Origin: Chrysomallon squamiferum
Lineage: Eukaryota > Animalia > Mollusca
DNA length: 64,000 nt
NCBI GenBank assembly: GCA_012295275.1
Contig: CM022674.1
Location: 15,500,001-15,564,000, forward strand
Direction: 5' to 3'
In this document: one piece after another, positions 1-13,000 of the stretch
Layout of the letters: each line of letters begins with the position of its first letter
Numbering within the stretch: position 1 is the stretch's first letter
The notes under the pieces: generated by a model
Databases searched by the model: none
Told to the model about the DNA's origin: nothing
The model's input: only the letters and a program-made list of their open reading frames with translations
Program-made: the position numbers and the translations under genes

Positions 1-1340
1 AGGGAGCTTATTTCGCCCGTGATGCCAAATACAGCCACTGCTACACCACATGATCACATTGTTTCATGTTCATTTCAAAGTTTCTTGTAGGCCAGTATGC
101 GAAAGGTGAAAGTTCCTATTGCCGGCCTCCTTCTAGGAAAGGACATGTTCTTTATGATTCCTGTGTCGATGATGTAAATAATCCATCAGTTTGTGTGATC
201 TTTGACACTTCCCAGAGTTACTCAGTGTTTCTACTTGAATATTCTGTGAAGACAAGGCCAGAATTGTCTTCATCAAGCACTTCAGTACCTATTTATCAGG
301 CCTCTACTCCTACCAGAAATATTCAAATGCACACTTCAGTTAGCAGTACAGCCAGCATTCAACAACCATTTCACAGTTCTACTTCTTCAGTAAACACTTC
401 CAACAATTCACCAGTATTTCAGAGTTCAGCTTCTACAGTAAATACTCCCAACACAAAACTAAGATTACACAGATCTACTTCTACAGTAAACACTTCTAAC
501 ACTTCACCAGTATTTCAGAGTTCAGCTTCTACAGGAAACACTTCCAACGCAACACTAACATTTCACAGTTCTTAGCACAGTAAACACTTCCAACAATTCA
601 CCAGTATTTCAGAGTTCAGCTTCACTTCAAACACTTCCAACATTTTCTTCCAGTATTTCACTTCACCAGTATTTCAGTTCAGCTTCTTTAAACAGTTCTG
701 CTTCAACACTTCACCAGTATTTCAGAGTTCAGCTTCTACAGCAAACACTTCCAACGCAACACTAACATTTCACAGTTCTGCTTCTACAGTAAACACTTCC
801 AGCACTTCACCAGTGTTTCAGAGTTCAGCTTCTACAGCAAACACTTCCAACGCAACACTAACATTTCACAGTTCTGCTTCTACAGTAAACACTTCCAGCA
901 CTTCACCAGTGTTTCAGAGTTCAGCTTCTACAGCAAATACTTCCAACGCAACATTAACATTTCACAGTTCTGCTTCTACAGTAAACACTTCCAACACTTC
1001 ACCAGTGTTTCAGAGTTCAGCTTCTACAGCAAACACTCCCAACACAACACTAACATTTCACAGTTCTGCTTCTTCAGTAAACACTTCCAGCACTTCACCA
1101 GTATTTCGGTTTTCAGCTTCTACAGCAAACACTCCCAACACAACACTAAGATTTCGTAGATCTACTTCTACAGCAAACACTTCCAAGACTTCACCAGTAT
1201 TTCAGAGTTAAGATTCTACAGCAAAAACTTCCAGCACAACACCAACATTTTACAGATTTGCTTCTACAGTAAATACTCCGAACAGGAAACCTACATTTTA
1301 CAGTTTCATTTTCAACACACCATCAAGTTCAGCTTCTTGA
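1..1340 (+). pseudogene. PARP12/ZAP-like copy A, last coding exon (C-terminal half of PARP domain plus S/T-rich repeat tail); disrupted and 5'-truncated by the window edge
   Basis: Frame from nt 3 reads GAYFARDAKYSHCYTT*SHCFMFISKFLVGQYAKGESSYCRPP...YDSCVDDVNNPSVCVIFDTSQSY. TGA at 51-53 replaces the GGA (Gly) of copies C and D. A further stop at 573-575 and frame disruptions at about 570-720 break the tail. Confidence 0.85.
370..1290 (+). repeat. Coding minisatellite of alternating 48-bp subunits (96-bp higher-order unit) encoding SSASTANTSNATLTFH/SSASTVNTSSTSPVFQ
   Basis: Periodicity is visible in the DNA (cagttctgcttctacagtaaacacttcc...) and in ORFs 66..575 and 813..1211. Confidence 0.9.
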
Positions 1341-1468
1341 AATTCATCTTCTACAGATACTGCTAACAAAACAAAGCGATTTGTGATTCTCGGATTATTT
1401 CTATTTTAAAAAAAAAAAAAAACGCTGTTTGACACTTATTTTCTTTTTAGTCTTTCTTTTTTGAACGC

Positions 1469-1499
<31 letters not shown>

Positions 1500-1617
1500 C
1501 AACACTTTTGTCGTTTAGGCCAGGGACATCGTAACACACAGGAATACTGGAAACTTGCCCAGGGTTCACTATAGCATAGGAGGACCCTGTATGTTGAGAC
1601 TTATTGTTAATAGATAA

Positions 1618-1727
1618 ATACTATGATATACAATACTATACAGTACTATACTATACTATATTATACTATATTATACTATACTGTCCTATACTAAACTATC
1701 GTATACTATACTATACTATTCTATACT
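1618..1727. repeat. (TATAC)n-type pentanucleotide microsatellite
   Basis: Run of ctatactata units. Confidence 0.8.
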
Positions 1728-2308
1728 CTCAGTATTTGTCATAAAAATGCATATTTAATATATGTTTTACTAAAGATAATGAATAATATTATTTGTTTAT
1801 GATAACAAGTGGATATTGTGTAGGTATGGCATCAGTGAACTGTTTTACCTGCAGGGCTGTAATCTGCAGTTAAGATATTTTTTGTTTATTTTGTTTCTGA
1901 TGCGGATGGATTTGTTTGGTCTGGTGCAACGAAAAATACAATACAAACTGAGTTCTTTTTTATTTCATATTTCATCTGGGCGTTTCAATTTATACTCACA
2001 AGTAGATGAGTTAAGCCTTGACTTTACTGTAGACAGGTTTATATTACAAGGTTGTAGAGGGTAAATTACAGAGGTATAGTAGGCCTGTAGGATATGGTAA
2101 GAACTAAATTGAAAAGGTGTATGGGTCAGTAGGATACACAAAGGATTACATTATGGGGTGAATGAGTCACTAGGATTCACAAAGGATTACATCTTAACAT
2201 AATGCTCAAATAATTATATTACAATGTAAAAGTCAGGTAAAATATGTTAAAGAAATGTGTCATAATTTACAGAGATGGTTTGGTCAAAGTGTATTGGTCA
2301 CATTATTC

Positions 2309-2339
<31 letters not shown>

Positions 2340-3675
2340 AACACACACACACACGCACACACACACAAGAGTAATGCATTTATTATTATTATTAGTAGTA
2401 GTATTATTAAAGCCAATCGATAATTTTAAATAAATAAATGAAATAATTTCTTATATGCATTTATATTAACATAATGTAGATTCTTGATTATTAATCAACA
2501 ATAAATAAAATTTAGCGAATTGTTTTCTGTTTTAAAACAATTTCTTATTATACCACAATTTAACTATTTTCTGAAGTTAGCATTTAAAGGTTGTGTAAAT
2601 TTCTATACCCAACAAATACTAATTGGAAAATATATAAAATGTTAACTAGAAAATGCTTTTTTCCCATTCTAGATAGATTATGCAAAAAATAATTACTAAA
2701 GACTTTTTTGTCCTTGTATCTTTTATTTTTTTTTTTTTTTTTTTTTTGTTTCATTTAACCAATTTATTTCTTTAAAATTAGCATTAACAACAAAATGCTG
2801 TAACTGGAAAAGTGTACTGACCGAATTCAATTAAGGTACATAAAGTGATTTTGAGGAGAAAAAAACAACAAAAAAACCACACACATACTTTATACGTTTA
2901 GTTTAGTTGTTTTCGAAAAGCAAAATAATAATGTTTGAAACTGTCTACATTTCATTGTTTAAATGTGGTCTATGTCTAAAGTATTATGAGCAGTTTCACG
3001 TCTAAACACCACAACACAGACCCTGAAACATCTAAGCATTAGATTCTAGCATCACCCCAGTATGTACTTTTATAATAATCTTTTATTATTATTATTATTA
3101 ACACTGGGACATTTAACCCTCCTGACCTTATTTTCATACTATCAGAGAACCCCAGAGTTTGCTTTAAAACAAAAACAAACAAAAAATTGGCAAATGTCAC
3201 TTGTAACAGAATATATAATTATTAATTAACTATGTTCAAACAATTAGTTATAGAAAATAATATTTTAATAAATGAACCAAAAAAGTGAGGTAAGTTTCAT
3301 TTCTGTTTCGCTGGATGACTACATTAATACTAATCAGTGTGTTTATAAAAGGTTGTGGTTTGTGCTTTTCTGTCTGTGGAAAGATGCACATAAAACTCTT
3401 GCTGCTAATCAGCAGTTTAGTTATTTTCAGTTTCTCACTAACTTTAAGATTATATTAAAACTCAGTTAATACTTATCGATTAAAATGGGTTTTTTTTCTG
3501 AGCGGGACATTAAACAGTTCCTTGTTTATAATGATAAAAATTACAGTAAGTAAATACAACAAAATAAAATAACTGAAAATGAAAGCGTACAGATTAAAAA
3601 ATAAAATAAGTGTCCATCTGAAATCTATATTTTGCTTCTTTAAATTCAATACTTATAGTAAATAAATTCTACGCT

Positions 3676-3985
3676 TACCGAACAGCAGCCATTACTACAA
3701 AGGAATCCCTGGCAGCCGTGCTCTTTGTAGATTGCATCTCTGATTGTCGAATATCATCTCATTATCGAACTCGGGGAAAACCTCGTCTTCAGAATCACTC
3801 AAACTCTCTTCAAGAACTTCCTTCTCAGCTTGTCGGTTGCTGACGCATCCGTGTAACAATAGCTCTGACGTCATCTCCACTATGACGTCCCAAAGCATAG
3901 GTGATATCTTTGTCGCAGGTTCTTTCAGCGCAAATGGCGAACCGAATAACGAACTGTTCATTGATTAATGTTGGTGTCATGTGTA
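3676..3985 (-). pseudogene. Tyrosine decarboxylase (Tdc-like) C-terminal exon fragment psi1
   Basis: Translates LHMTPTLINEQFVIRFAICAERTCDKDITYA, frameshifts, then WDVIVEMTSELL...QRARL. It has an internal deletion of roughly 110 bp relative to the copy at 39832-40300. Confidence 0.85.
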
Positions 3986-4159
3986 GTTTTAGTTTTTTAA
4001 TTTTTGGAGCAAATGCTGAGCCACTGTACACTATACACTATCACCTCTAAGTTAACAAACAGACCAAACGAAGAAACAAACAAACAAACCAAACCAAACA
4101 AACAATCAAATAAACAAATCTAACGAATCATATACAACTATTTCGAGTTCGGTTGTCAG

Positions 4160-4293
4160 CGCAAATGCCATGGCTGGAAGTTGATACCCGTTTGCCATGA
4201 TATGGAACTTAACGAACACTACGGAAGAATGCGGAGCAATAACAGATAATCATTGTGAACAAGAAACGAAAGTAGAAACGTTCGACAGATCAG
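4160..4293 (+). promoter_or_regulatory. Putative promoter / non-coding first exon of PARP copy B
   Basis: Homologous to minus-strand blocks at 26555-26690, 31001-31130 and 37346-37472. All end in CAG|GT (gtgac, gtgaa, gtaag) and lie upstream of the PARP coding exon 1 where one is present. Confidence 0.5.
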
Positions 4294-4389
4294 GTGACCT
4301 GATATTTTCATCACACAAGTAAGTCAGGACGTTCAAATGTTTTTATCAGAAGATAAAACCAGATAACAACAATCTGAACTCTTGCACGT

Positions 4390-4466
<77 letters not shown>

Positions 4467-5020
4467 TTTGTTTTGTTTTATTATTAATTTAGGCCCATTT
4501 ACATGAAGGATGTCAAACTGGCCCAATGTTGAATTCGTGATGGGCGAGATCGCAGTATAATCAGTTTCTGCGTGGACGAAACCGCTCTATATTTATATCA
4601 AAGTAGACACTATTTATAATGATTATAACAAGTTTATATGTGTATGTTTTGTTTTTCCTTCGCTTGTTTGTCTGTGTGCCTGTGTGTTTTTGTATATATT
4701 TCTGATCGGATTTAAACATGTACAAGAAAGAGATGAACTGTTTGGCAGATAGACTTTTACAAGCAGCATTTAAATACATCAAAAAACAACAATAACAAGA
4801 AAACACTCAATTTGTACTTAATGACGAAAATACCACAGCTTGTAAATATTTAAGACAAAACACCGATTCACTGTTAAATATTATTTGAAAAGAACCTTTC
4901 ATTTTGATCAATTTGATGAAATATCGATATATTGATGCCTTGGAGAGATACTGAAATAAAATAGCCAAGAAAAAAAAAGAAATAAATGGTCACTTTGATT
5001 ATTGGAAAGAAACAAGAGGG

Positions 5021-6403
5021 TTGCAGTACCGATGTGATCTTACAGAAAATAACAAATTGTGTAGATATTTAGAACGAAGGTCAGTGTCACTATTTTCTAC
5101 AACATCCGAAGGAGCAGGTGAAGAGAAAATTTTGAAAACATTTCAATATACAAACAGCAGAGAATGTCAAGCTTCTAGATGTAGAGAAAATGATGGTTTA
5201 TGTAGAGGTAGAGGAAAAATAGGTGATTCTAATAAAGAAACACAAGAAACAGATATGGAGAAAATAGGAACACGTGAAATGCTTAGCAGAGATAATCTGT
5301 CAGACAGTTTTCAGACTGACCAAAGGTTAAAACAAAGAACAGCTTCACAGACTAGTTTATTCTCGACAGCTACTGCAGAGTCTGACAGTGATGATCATGA
5401 CGGTTCAGAAGTTTATACACCCAAAAAATCCAACAGCAGACGGCGACGTAGAAAAAATGTCAAACACCAAGAACCAGAAAAAGTGGAAACAACACAGACA
5501 AAAGAAGAAATTATATTCAAAGATAACAAAGATGTCAGCAGTGGACATTTAACTGGAAGAACAAAATCACAATCAAGTTTCTGTTCTTCCTCGACTACTG
5601 GTGATCTGGATAACACTAAACATGATGATAGTGAGGACCAGGAGGAGGAAAATGAAATTATTGACATAGTGTGGAAGATTCTTCTTGAAAAGTTTAATGG
5701 ACGTACAGAGTTTTGGAAACTGATGAAAGAAAACAGTCTTCCTCTAAAACATAAACATGTTTCATGGTTTTATAAACATAAAAAACACTTTTTGCTTTTC
5801 ACAAACGATAGCAAAATTAAATTTGTTTCTGTGTTTTCAAGATATGCCAGAATCTGTCATCCTTACAATACTTCTCAGTGTAGAAAAAAAGACTGCAGGT
5901 TTCTTCACATATGTACACAGTTTGTACTAGGTCAGTGTAAACGCTCCACTGGTCAGTGTCTTTCACATAATTTTTTTGAGACAAATAAGAATCGCATTGA
6001 GCAGATAGGTTTGGGATTTTTGAAAAATAAGGACATTGCAAAGGTTGTGAGATGCAACACCCCTGAATGGTGTGAAGAATATAAAAATGGCATCAAACAT
6101 GATGAATATTGTCCACTCATTCATGTCTGTAGAAAAGAGGACTGCAATAAGATGTGTTGCTTACAACATTACATCAAATCATATCAACACAACCAGTGGA
6201 TCCTGAGGATATTTTACATGAATCACTATAGAGTTAATTACTTGAACAGATGCTTCTTTGCAAATTTAATGAGAATTATCATCAGAATGAAAGAAGAGGT
6301 TCATATGACTGCAAACCTTCGGATGAGATCACAACACCAAAGAAAGGAATCAGGGGATTAGAGATGACCACACCCGTATCTACTGTAAAACAAGCTATCA
6401 CTT
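5021..6403 (+). pseudogene. PARP12/ZAP-like copy B, coding exon 1 (N-terminal helical domain and CCCH zinc fingers); 1-bp frameshift; truncated by the gap
   Basis: ICHPYNTSQCRKKDCRFLHICTQFVLGQCKRSTGQCLSH zinc-finger block is near-identical to C and D. First in-frame ATG is at 5255. At about 6238 gtt aat ta ctt gaa cag atg lacks one base versus the paralogs, and the frame continues in ORF 6250 (MLLCKFNEN). This could be a sequencing error rather than a true pseudogene. Confidence 0.75.
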
Positions 6404-6603
6404 NNNNNNNNNNNNNNNNNNNNNNNNNNNNNNNNNNNNNNNNNNNNNNNNNNNNNNNNNNNNNNNNNNNNNNNNNNNNNNNNNNNNNNNNNNNNNNNNN
6501 NNNNNNNNNNNNNNNNNNNNNNNNNNNNNNNNNNNNNNNNNNNNNNNNNNNNNNNNNNNNNNNNNNNNNNNNNNNNNNNNNNNNNNNNNNNNNNNNNNNN
6601 NNN
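6404..6603. other. Assembly gap (200 N)
   Basis: Exactly 200 Ns; PARP copies are truncated on both sides and lie in opposite orientations. Confidence 0.99.
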
Positions 6604-8032
6604 TACTGAAGTGCTTGATGAAACAATTCTGGTGTTATCTTCACAGAATATTCAAGAAGAAACACTGGGTAACTCTGGGAAGTGTCAAAGATTACAAAAA
6701 CTGATGGATTATTTACATCATCGACACATGAATCATAAAGAACATGTCCTTTCCTAGAAGGAGGCCGGCAGTAGGAACTTTCACCTTTAGCATACTGTCC
6801 TACAAGAACCTTTGAAATGAACATGAAGCAATGTGATCCTGTGGTGTGGCTGTGGCTGTATTTGGCATCCCGGGCAAAATAAGCCCCTTTGCCGTAAACT
6901 GTTCCATTTTTGCCGTTCAGCCTGAAGTCGATGTTGTTGTGGCAAATTCCTCGTATGATACTGATGTCTCCACTAGTTCCGTGAAAGAGAAATCTTTCAT
7001 TAATATCTCTTTCATGATCCCTGTTCATCAACATTGCTTTTCTCATGCTGCAAAAGAAGAACAAAAATAATACTCGGCCTCTGAAGATTCATACTAATTA
7101 AAAATAGTATTGCTTACAGCTCAGCTAGCTTAGTATCAGATGGATACATACTATTTCTTTGAGAAAACTGCTGATATATTTTCTAGCATCAGTATTTGAA
7201 TAGCTGCCACTTACAATCCATATTTGGTACTAATCAGTTATTTACCAAAATCTTTTTTAAAACAAATTGGCAATATTCTATTGCTGTCTGTTGAAAGTCT
7301 ATTATTTGTTTCCAGCACTACTGAAATAAACAAAATATGTATCTTTTCCAATTATGAATCAGTAATTTATTGAATTAGTACTAGAAAATATTAATTAAAT
7401 ATGTGTCACCGATTGGCGTTCTTTAAACATAACAAGGATGTACTAATTATCGACTTGTTATTTAATCAATACATATCTACCATTGATTATTTATTTAATG
7501 AGTACCTACTGATTAAATATCTATCAGTGGTTATTTATTGAATGCGGACATACTCATCAAATACCTGTATCTAAATCAATACAAATGATCTAACATAAAC
7601 TATAGTAATGAGTATATACTCACTAAATATCGGTCCACTAATTATTTATTTAATGAGAACATACTTATTAACTATCAGTCTCGGATTATTTATTTAATGA
7701 CAACATACAGATTAAATATTTATGTCTGATTATACTGATTACATATCAATCTCAGATTATTTATTTAATGAGAACATACTGATTAAATGCCTGTATCTCA
7801 GGCAGTAAAACAATGAACAAGAAACAATTAATAAATGTTATTGTAATTTATGCTTTGTTAATGATAAAGCATTACAAAAATATGATGTCATTTTCCTTAA
7901 CAAGGTGACATCATAGCAAGCATTAGTTTCTTCCGATGCTAGTATACAAAAATCAGAGTAGAATTTCATGCAGAAATGCAGCTTCACTCTTTCTCATGGT
8001 ATTGTTTGTTGTTAATTAAGATTGGATGAGAA

Positions 8033-8100
<68 letters not shown>

Positions 8101-9222
8101 TGATGATGATGATGATAATAATAATAATAATAATAATAAGAAGAAAGAAGAAGAAGAAGAAGAAGAAGAAGAAGAAGAAGAAGAAAAGAAAAAGTAAGTA
8201 AGTAAATAAATAAACAAATAAATAAATAAATAAACATCTTGAAATATGCAGAATATATTTAGACTATTTATTTGCATCACCTAAATGTAAACAGTGTCAA
8301 AAAATGTGGACTCTCACCTACAATATTTTTCCCACAATGGTGGATTCTGAATGCGAAACAAAGATTTCAGTTTGACTTCCGATTTGTTCATGGTAGAGAA
8401 AAATAATTTCATCACAGTTTTCACCTCCTCGTCTTCGGTGAAGTCATCAAGTTTTACTTTCACCAGTTCTACTGGTTGGTAACAGTCTAGAGGGAACCAG
8501 TTGTCTGGGAGAGTTGCTGAACATGCAAGTTTCTTGGACGAGAGAGAGAGACTCGAACATACACTGATAGGCAGAGATTAAAAATGAGAAACATCAAAAT
8601 AACGTTTATTAGAAAATAAAATAGGATAATGAGATATAGGTTAAAGATAGACAAAATTAAAATCTAAAATCTAAAATAAGAGAATATAAGGAACAAAATA
8701 TTTTAATCCAAATTTATTTTTGTTGTACAATATTTTGCTACTTACACTTCTTTTTGTCTCTGTACATCATCAATGGAAACAAAAGCAGGTCTCCTCAGCA
8801 TTCGTCTTTGTTTTAATGTTTTCTGGTTTGTTTGGGTCATCTCGCTAAAATTTATTTCGTACTGAAATTGGTCTGTTTCGAAGTTATAAAATGGCTGCCC
8901 AGCCAAATACTTCAGTTCAAGAGTATACTGCAGACTTTCCTATAATAAACAACAAATGTTATTTTTTAAAATAATATTATAGTATGTTACGTGTTATGTA
9001 ATGTCAGGTGACATGATGTGCTGTGATATGCTATGATATGTATGCATGCAATAGATACAACAGACTTTCCTATCATAAACACAAAATACTGTTTTGCATA
9101 TAGTATTATAGTATATGTATTCTGATACACAACTGGTATGATATATGTTGTATATAATATAAAGTCAGATGGTATGGTATGGTACACATACACACACATA
9201 CATACATACATATATATATATA

Positions 9223-9253
<31 letters not shown>

Positions 9254-9975
9254 ATGTGTATATATGTATCATAGCATATCATTGGTCTTTACATTAGACA
9301 CACACAAATAAACCCCTATATATATACACATGCATATATATATACATACATATATACAGGTATACAGATATAATAGATTATTTTTAATTGACAACTGATA
9401 ATGTATCAGAAACATGAAAATGTAACCACTTCATTCTATCTATCTTTTTCTAAATATTTACTATTTTTTAAACTATATTTTTAGAACATTTTATTTTCTC
9501 CTTATACAACATTTATTTAAATATTATACATCTTTGTTACATATAATGTTACGGTGTCTCGTGTTTGCTTTTTGTGTTTTTTCTTTTCATTTCTCTTTTT
9601 AAAAAAAAAATAAGAACAAAGATAAAAGTATCTGAACAATAAAATAAAATGAATATTCACTGGTTCATAAGGCAGCCAATTTTCAAAACCTGAATCAAAA
9701 TACCAACACCACTGTGTCAGCTGTGTGAAGCTGTCTTCTTGTCCAGTGACATACGATGGTGTCGAAAGACGCTGAACTCTGACTGCAACTTTTCTCATTT
9801 GCACAGAAACAGAAGCAGTCATTACGTCAAAATCAATTACAATTGGAATGAACTTACTGGCCACTGTATTAGAGGAATCCTTTGAAAACTGAAAAAAGTA
9901 TACATATATATACTTAGACACATAACCTTGCACAGACATCCATCCATACTTCCATCCATCCATCCACACATACAT

Positions 9976-10021
<46 letters not shown>

Positions 10022-13000
10022 GTATGTATAGTAAAAGTATCATTAGTGGTACAGAATCTAAAAGAAGAATTGCAATAGGATTAATTCTTATGACATTCTT
10101 ACGTATTGTTGTGCAGTAGTAAGTAACGAAAATAGTCGAGGAGTATGCATAAACGGAGAGAAAATGTTCTCAGATGGCTTTATGAACTATTATCTTTCAA
10201 ACGATTTTTGATACATACGTTTCCATAAAGAGAAAAATATGACTGATCCAGTCGGCAATAACTTCTAAAGGATGTACTATGAAACAAAACAATAGTAAAG
10301 CCACATTCATATATGTTACTGTTATTAAAATTTATAATTTATTACATATAAATAAAATTTTAATTATCATGTCTGGTTGTTTTTTTAACTCACCTCTATA
10401 TTTCCTGTGTCTGACTTCAGACTACAAAAACACTGCTCGATCATCTCATTCTCCACTATGTCAAAGTTGACCCATTTGTCACACATCTCCATCTGCCACT
10501 GGTAAGGTAGGCATCTTTGTTTGTGTTTATTTGAATGTATTACACAGTGACTCCAGACACATTTCTCACAGAGCATACCTATTTCATTGTAATTCACTTG
10601 CATATTAAGTTGTTTCTGCTCTGAAATCTGAGCCGGATATTCTCTCACGTTCACATGAAGTTGTTTGTGCTGTGAAAGTGACAAGCTTGTGTTCACGGAA
10701 TACACGGGTGTGTTCCTGTCTGCACCCCTGATGCTGTTCTTTGGTGTTGTGCTTTCATCACAAGATGTATAGTCCTTTGAACCTCTTTGTTCATTCTGTT
10801 GATCATTCTGATTAAGTTTGCAAAGAAGCATTTGTTCAAGTATAGGAACTCTATAGTGATTCATATGAAACACTGAAAGGACCCACTGGTTGTGTTCAGA
10901 TGACTGGATGTTATGTTCCAAGCCACACCTCTTATTGCAGTCCTCTTTTCTACAGACATGAATGAGTGGACAATATTCATCATGTTTGATACCATTCTGA
11001 TATTCTTCACACCATTCAGGGGTGCTGCATCTCACAACGTTGGCAATGTCCTTATTTTTCAAAAGTCCCAAACCTATCTGTTCAATGCGATTCTTATTTG
11101 TGTCAAAAAAATTATGTGAAAGACACTGACCAGTGGAGCGTTTACACTGACCTAGTACAAACTGTGTACATATGTGAAGAAACCTGCAATCTTTTTTTCT
11201 ACACTGAGAAGTATTGTAATAATGACAAATTCTGGCATATCTTGAAAACACAGAAACAAATTTAATTTTGCTATCGTTTATGAAAAGCAAAAAGTTTTTT
11301 TTGTGTTTACAAAACCATGAAACATGTTTAGCTTCTACAGGAAGACTGGTTTCTTTCATCAGTTTCCTAAACTGTGCACGTCCATTAAACTTTTCAAGAA
11401 GAATGTTGAACACTTTGGAAATAATTTCATTTTCCTTCTGGTCCTCACTATCATCATATTCAGTGTTATCCAGATCACCAGTACTTAAGGAAGAACAGAT
11501 ACTTGATTGTGACGTTGTTCGTCCTGTTAAACCTTCTTTTTCTGGTTGTTTGGCTCTGAGATAGCTTCTGAATTGCAAGGTCTCTCCATAAGCTGCTGAT
11601 GTTTCATAATCATCACAGTCACTATTATCATATTCAGTGTTAGCCAAATAACCAGTACTTGAGGCATACGAGAGACTTGATCTTTCGTAATCATCACTGC
11701 CATACTCTGCAGAAGTTGAAGACCAGAGACTAGTCTGTGAAAGTGTTCTTTCGTTTAACCCTTGGTCAGTTTGAAAACTGGCTGTAAAATTATCTCTGCT
11801 AAGCATTTCATCTTTTCTGCTTCTGTCCCAGCCTGTTTCTTGTGTATCTTTATTAGAATCACCCCTTTTTGCTGTACCTCTACCAAAACCAACCATTTCT
11901 CCTCTCCCTCTACCAAAACCATCCCTTTCTCCTCTCCCTCTACCAAAACCACCCCTTTCTTCTCTGCTTCTACCAAAACCATCCCTTTCTCCTCTGTCTC
12001 TACTAAAACCACCCCTTTCTCCTCTGCCTCTACCAAAACCACCCCTTTCTCCTCTGTCTCTACTAAAACCATCCCTTTCTCCTCTGTCTCTACTAAAACC
12101 ACCCCTTTCTCCTCTGCCTCTACCAAAACCACCCCTTTCTCCTCTGTCTCTACTAAAACCATCCCTTTCTCCTCTGTCTCTACTAAAACCACCCCTTTCT
12201 CCTCTGCCTCTATCAAAACCATCCCTTTCTCCTCTGTCTCTACTAAAACCATCCCTTTCTCCTCTGTCTCTACTAAAACCACCCCTTTCTCCTCTGCTAA
12301 AACCACCCCTTTCTCCTCTATCTCTACTAAAACCACCTCTTTCTCCTCTGCCTCTACTAAAACCATCCCTTTCTCCTCTATCTCTACTAAAACCACCCCT
12401 TTCTCCTCTATCTCTACTAAAAACCCCTTTTTCTCCTCTGCCTCTACTAAAACCATCCCTTTCTCCTCTATCTCTACTAAAACCACCCCTTTCTCCTCTA
12501 TCTCTACCAAAACCATCCCTTTCTCCTCTACCTACCAAAACCACCCCTTTCTCCTCTATCTCTACTAAAACCACCTCTTTCTCCTCTGCCTCTACCAAAA
12601 CCATCCCTTTCTCCTCTACCTCTACCAAAACCACCCCTTTCTCCTCTATCTCTACTAAAACCACCCCTTTCTCCTCTGCCTCTACCAAAACCATCCCTTT
12701 CTCCTCTATCTCTACTACAACCACCCCTTTCTCCTCTATCTCTACCAAAACCATCCCTTTCTCCTCTACCTCTACCAAAACCACCCCTTTCTCCTCTATC
12801 TCTACTAAAACCACCTCTTTCTCCTCTACCTCTACTAAAACCACCCCTTTCTCCTCTGCCTCTATATGTGACCCTTTGACTTTCCCTGCCTTTTGTATTT
12901 TGGAGTCTTTCCAATGTTTCATCTTCATCTGTTTCTTCGGAGGTTGTAGAACTGTATGAAGTCTGTGACAGTGAACTGTGTTCTAAATATCTACACTGTT

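Noticed and set aside
51-53. In-frame TGA codons (also 25595-25600 and 51479) as selenocysteine or readthrough sites
   Set aside because: They align to Gly or Trp in the paralogs rather than Cys, accompany other lesions, and no SECIS element is evident.
4262-4282. GAAACGAAAGTAGAAAC as an interferon-stimulated (IRF) element
   Set aside because: The spacing does not match GAAANNGAAA, it is only partly conserved among copies, and such motifs are common by chance in AT-rich DNA.
7984-8280. Poly-L/Y/I/CV/TH/ER/SL ORFs here and at about 19.2, 26.6, 31.6, 37.4, 41.5, 44.2, 49.2, 51.9 and 54.1 kb
   Set aside because: They are translations of microsatellites.
11762-12568. 268-aa plus-strand ORF (STKTTPFSS repeats) and 253-aa minus-strand ORF 11755..12516 (VVLVETEEKG)
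   Set aside because: These are alternative-frame shadows of the stop-free 30-bp repeat, with no independent evidence of coding.
11868-12865. Regular 30-bp periodicity resembling a CRISPR array
   Set aside because: The units are contiguous with no unique spacers, there are no cas genes, and the context is a eukaryotic exon.
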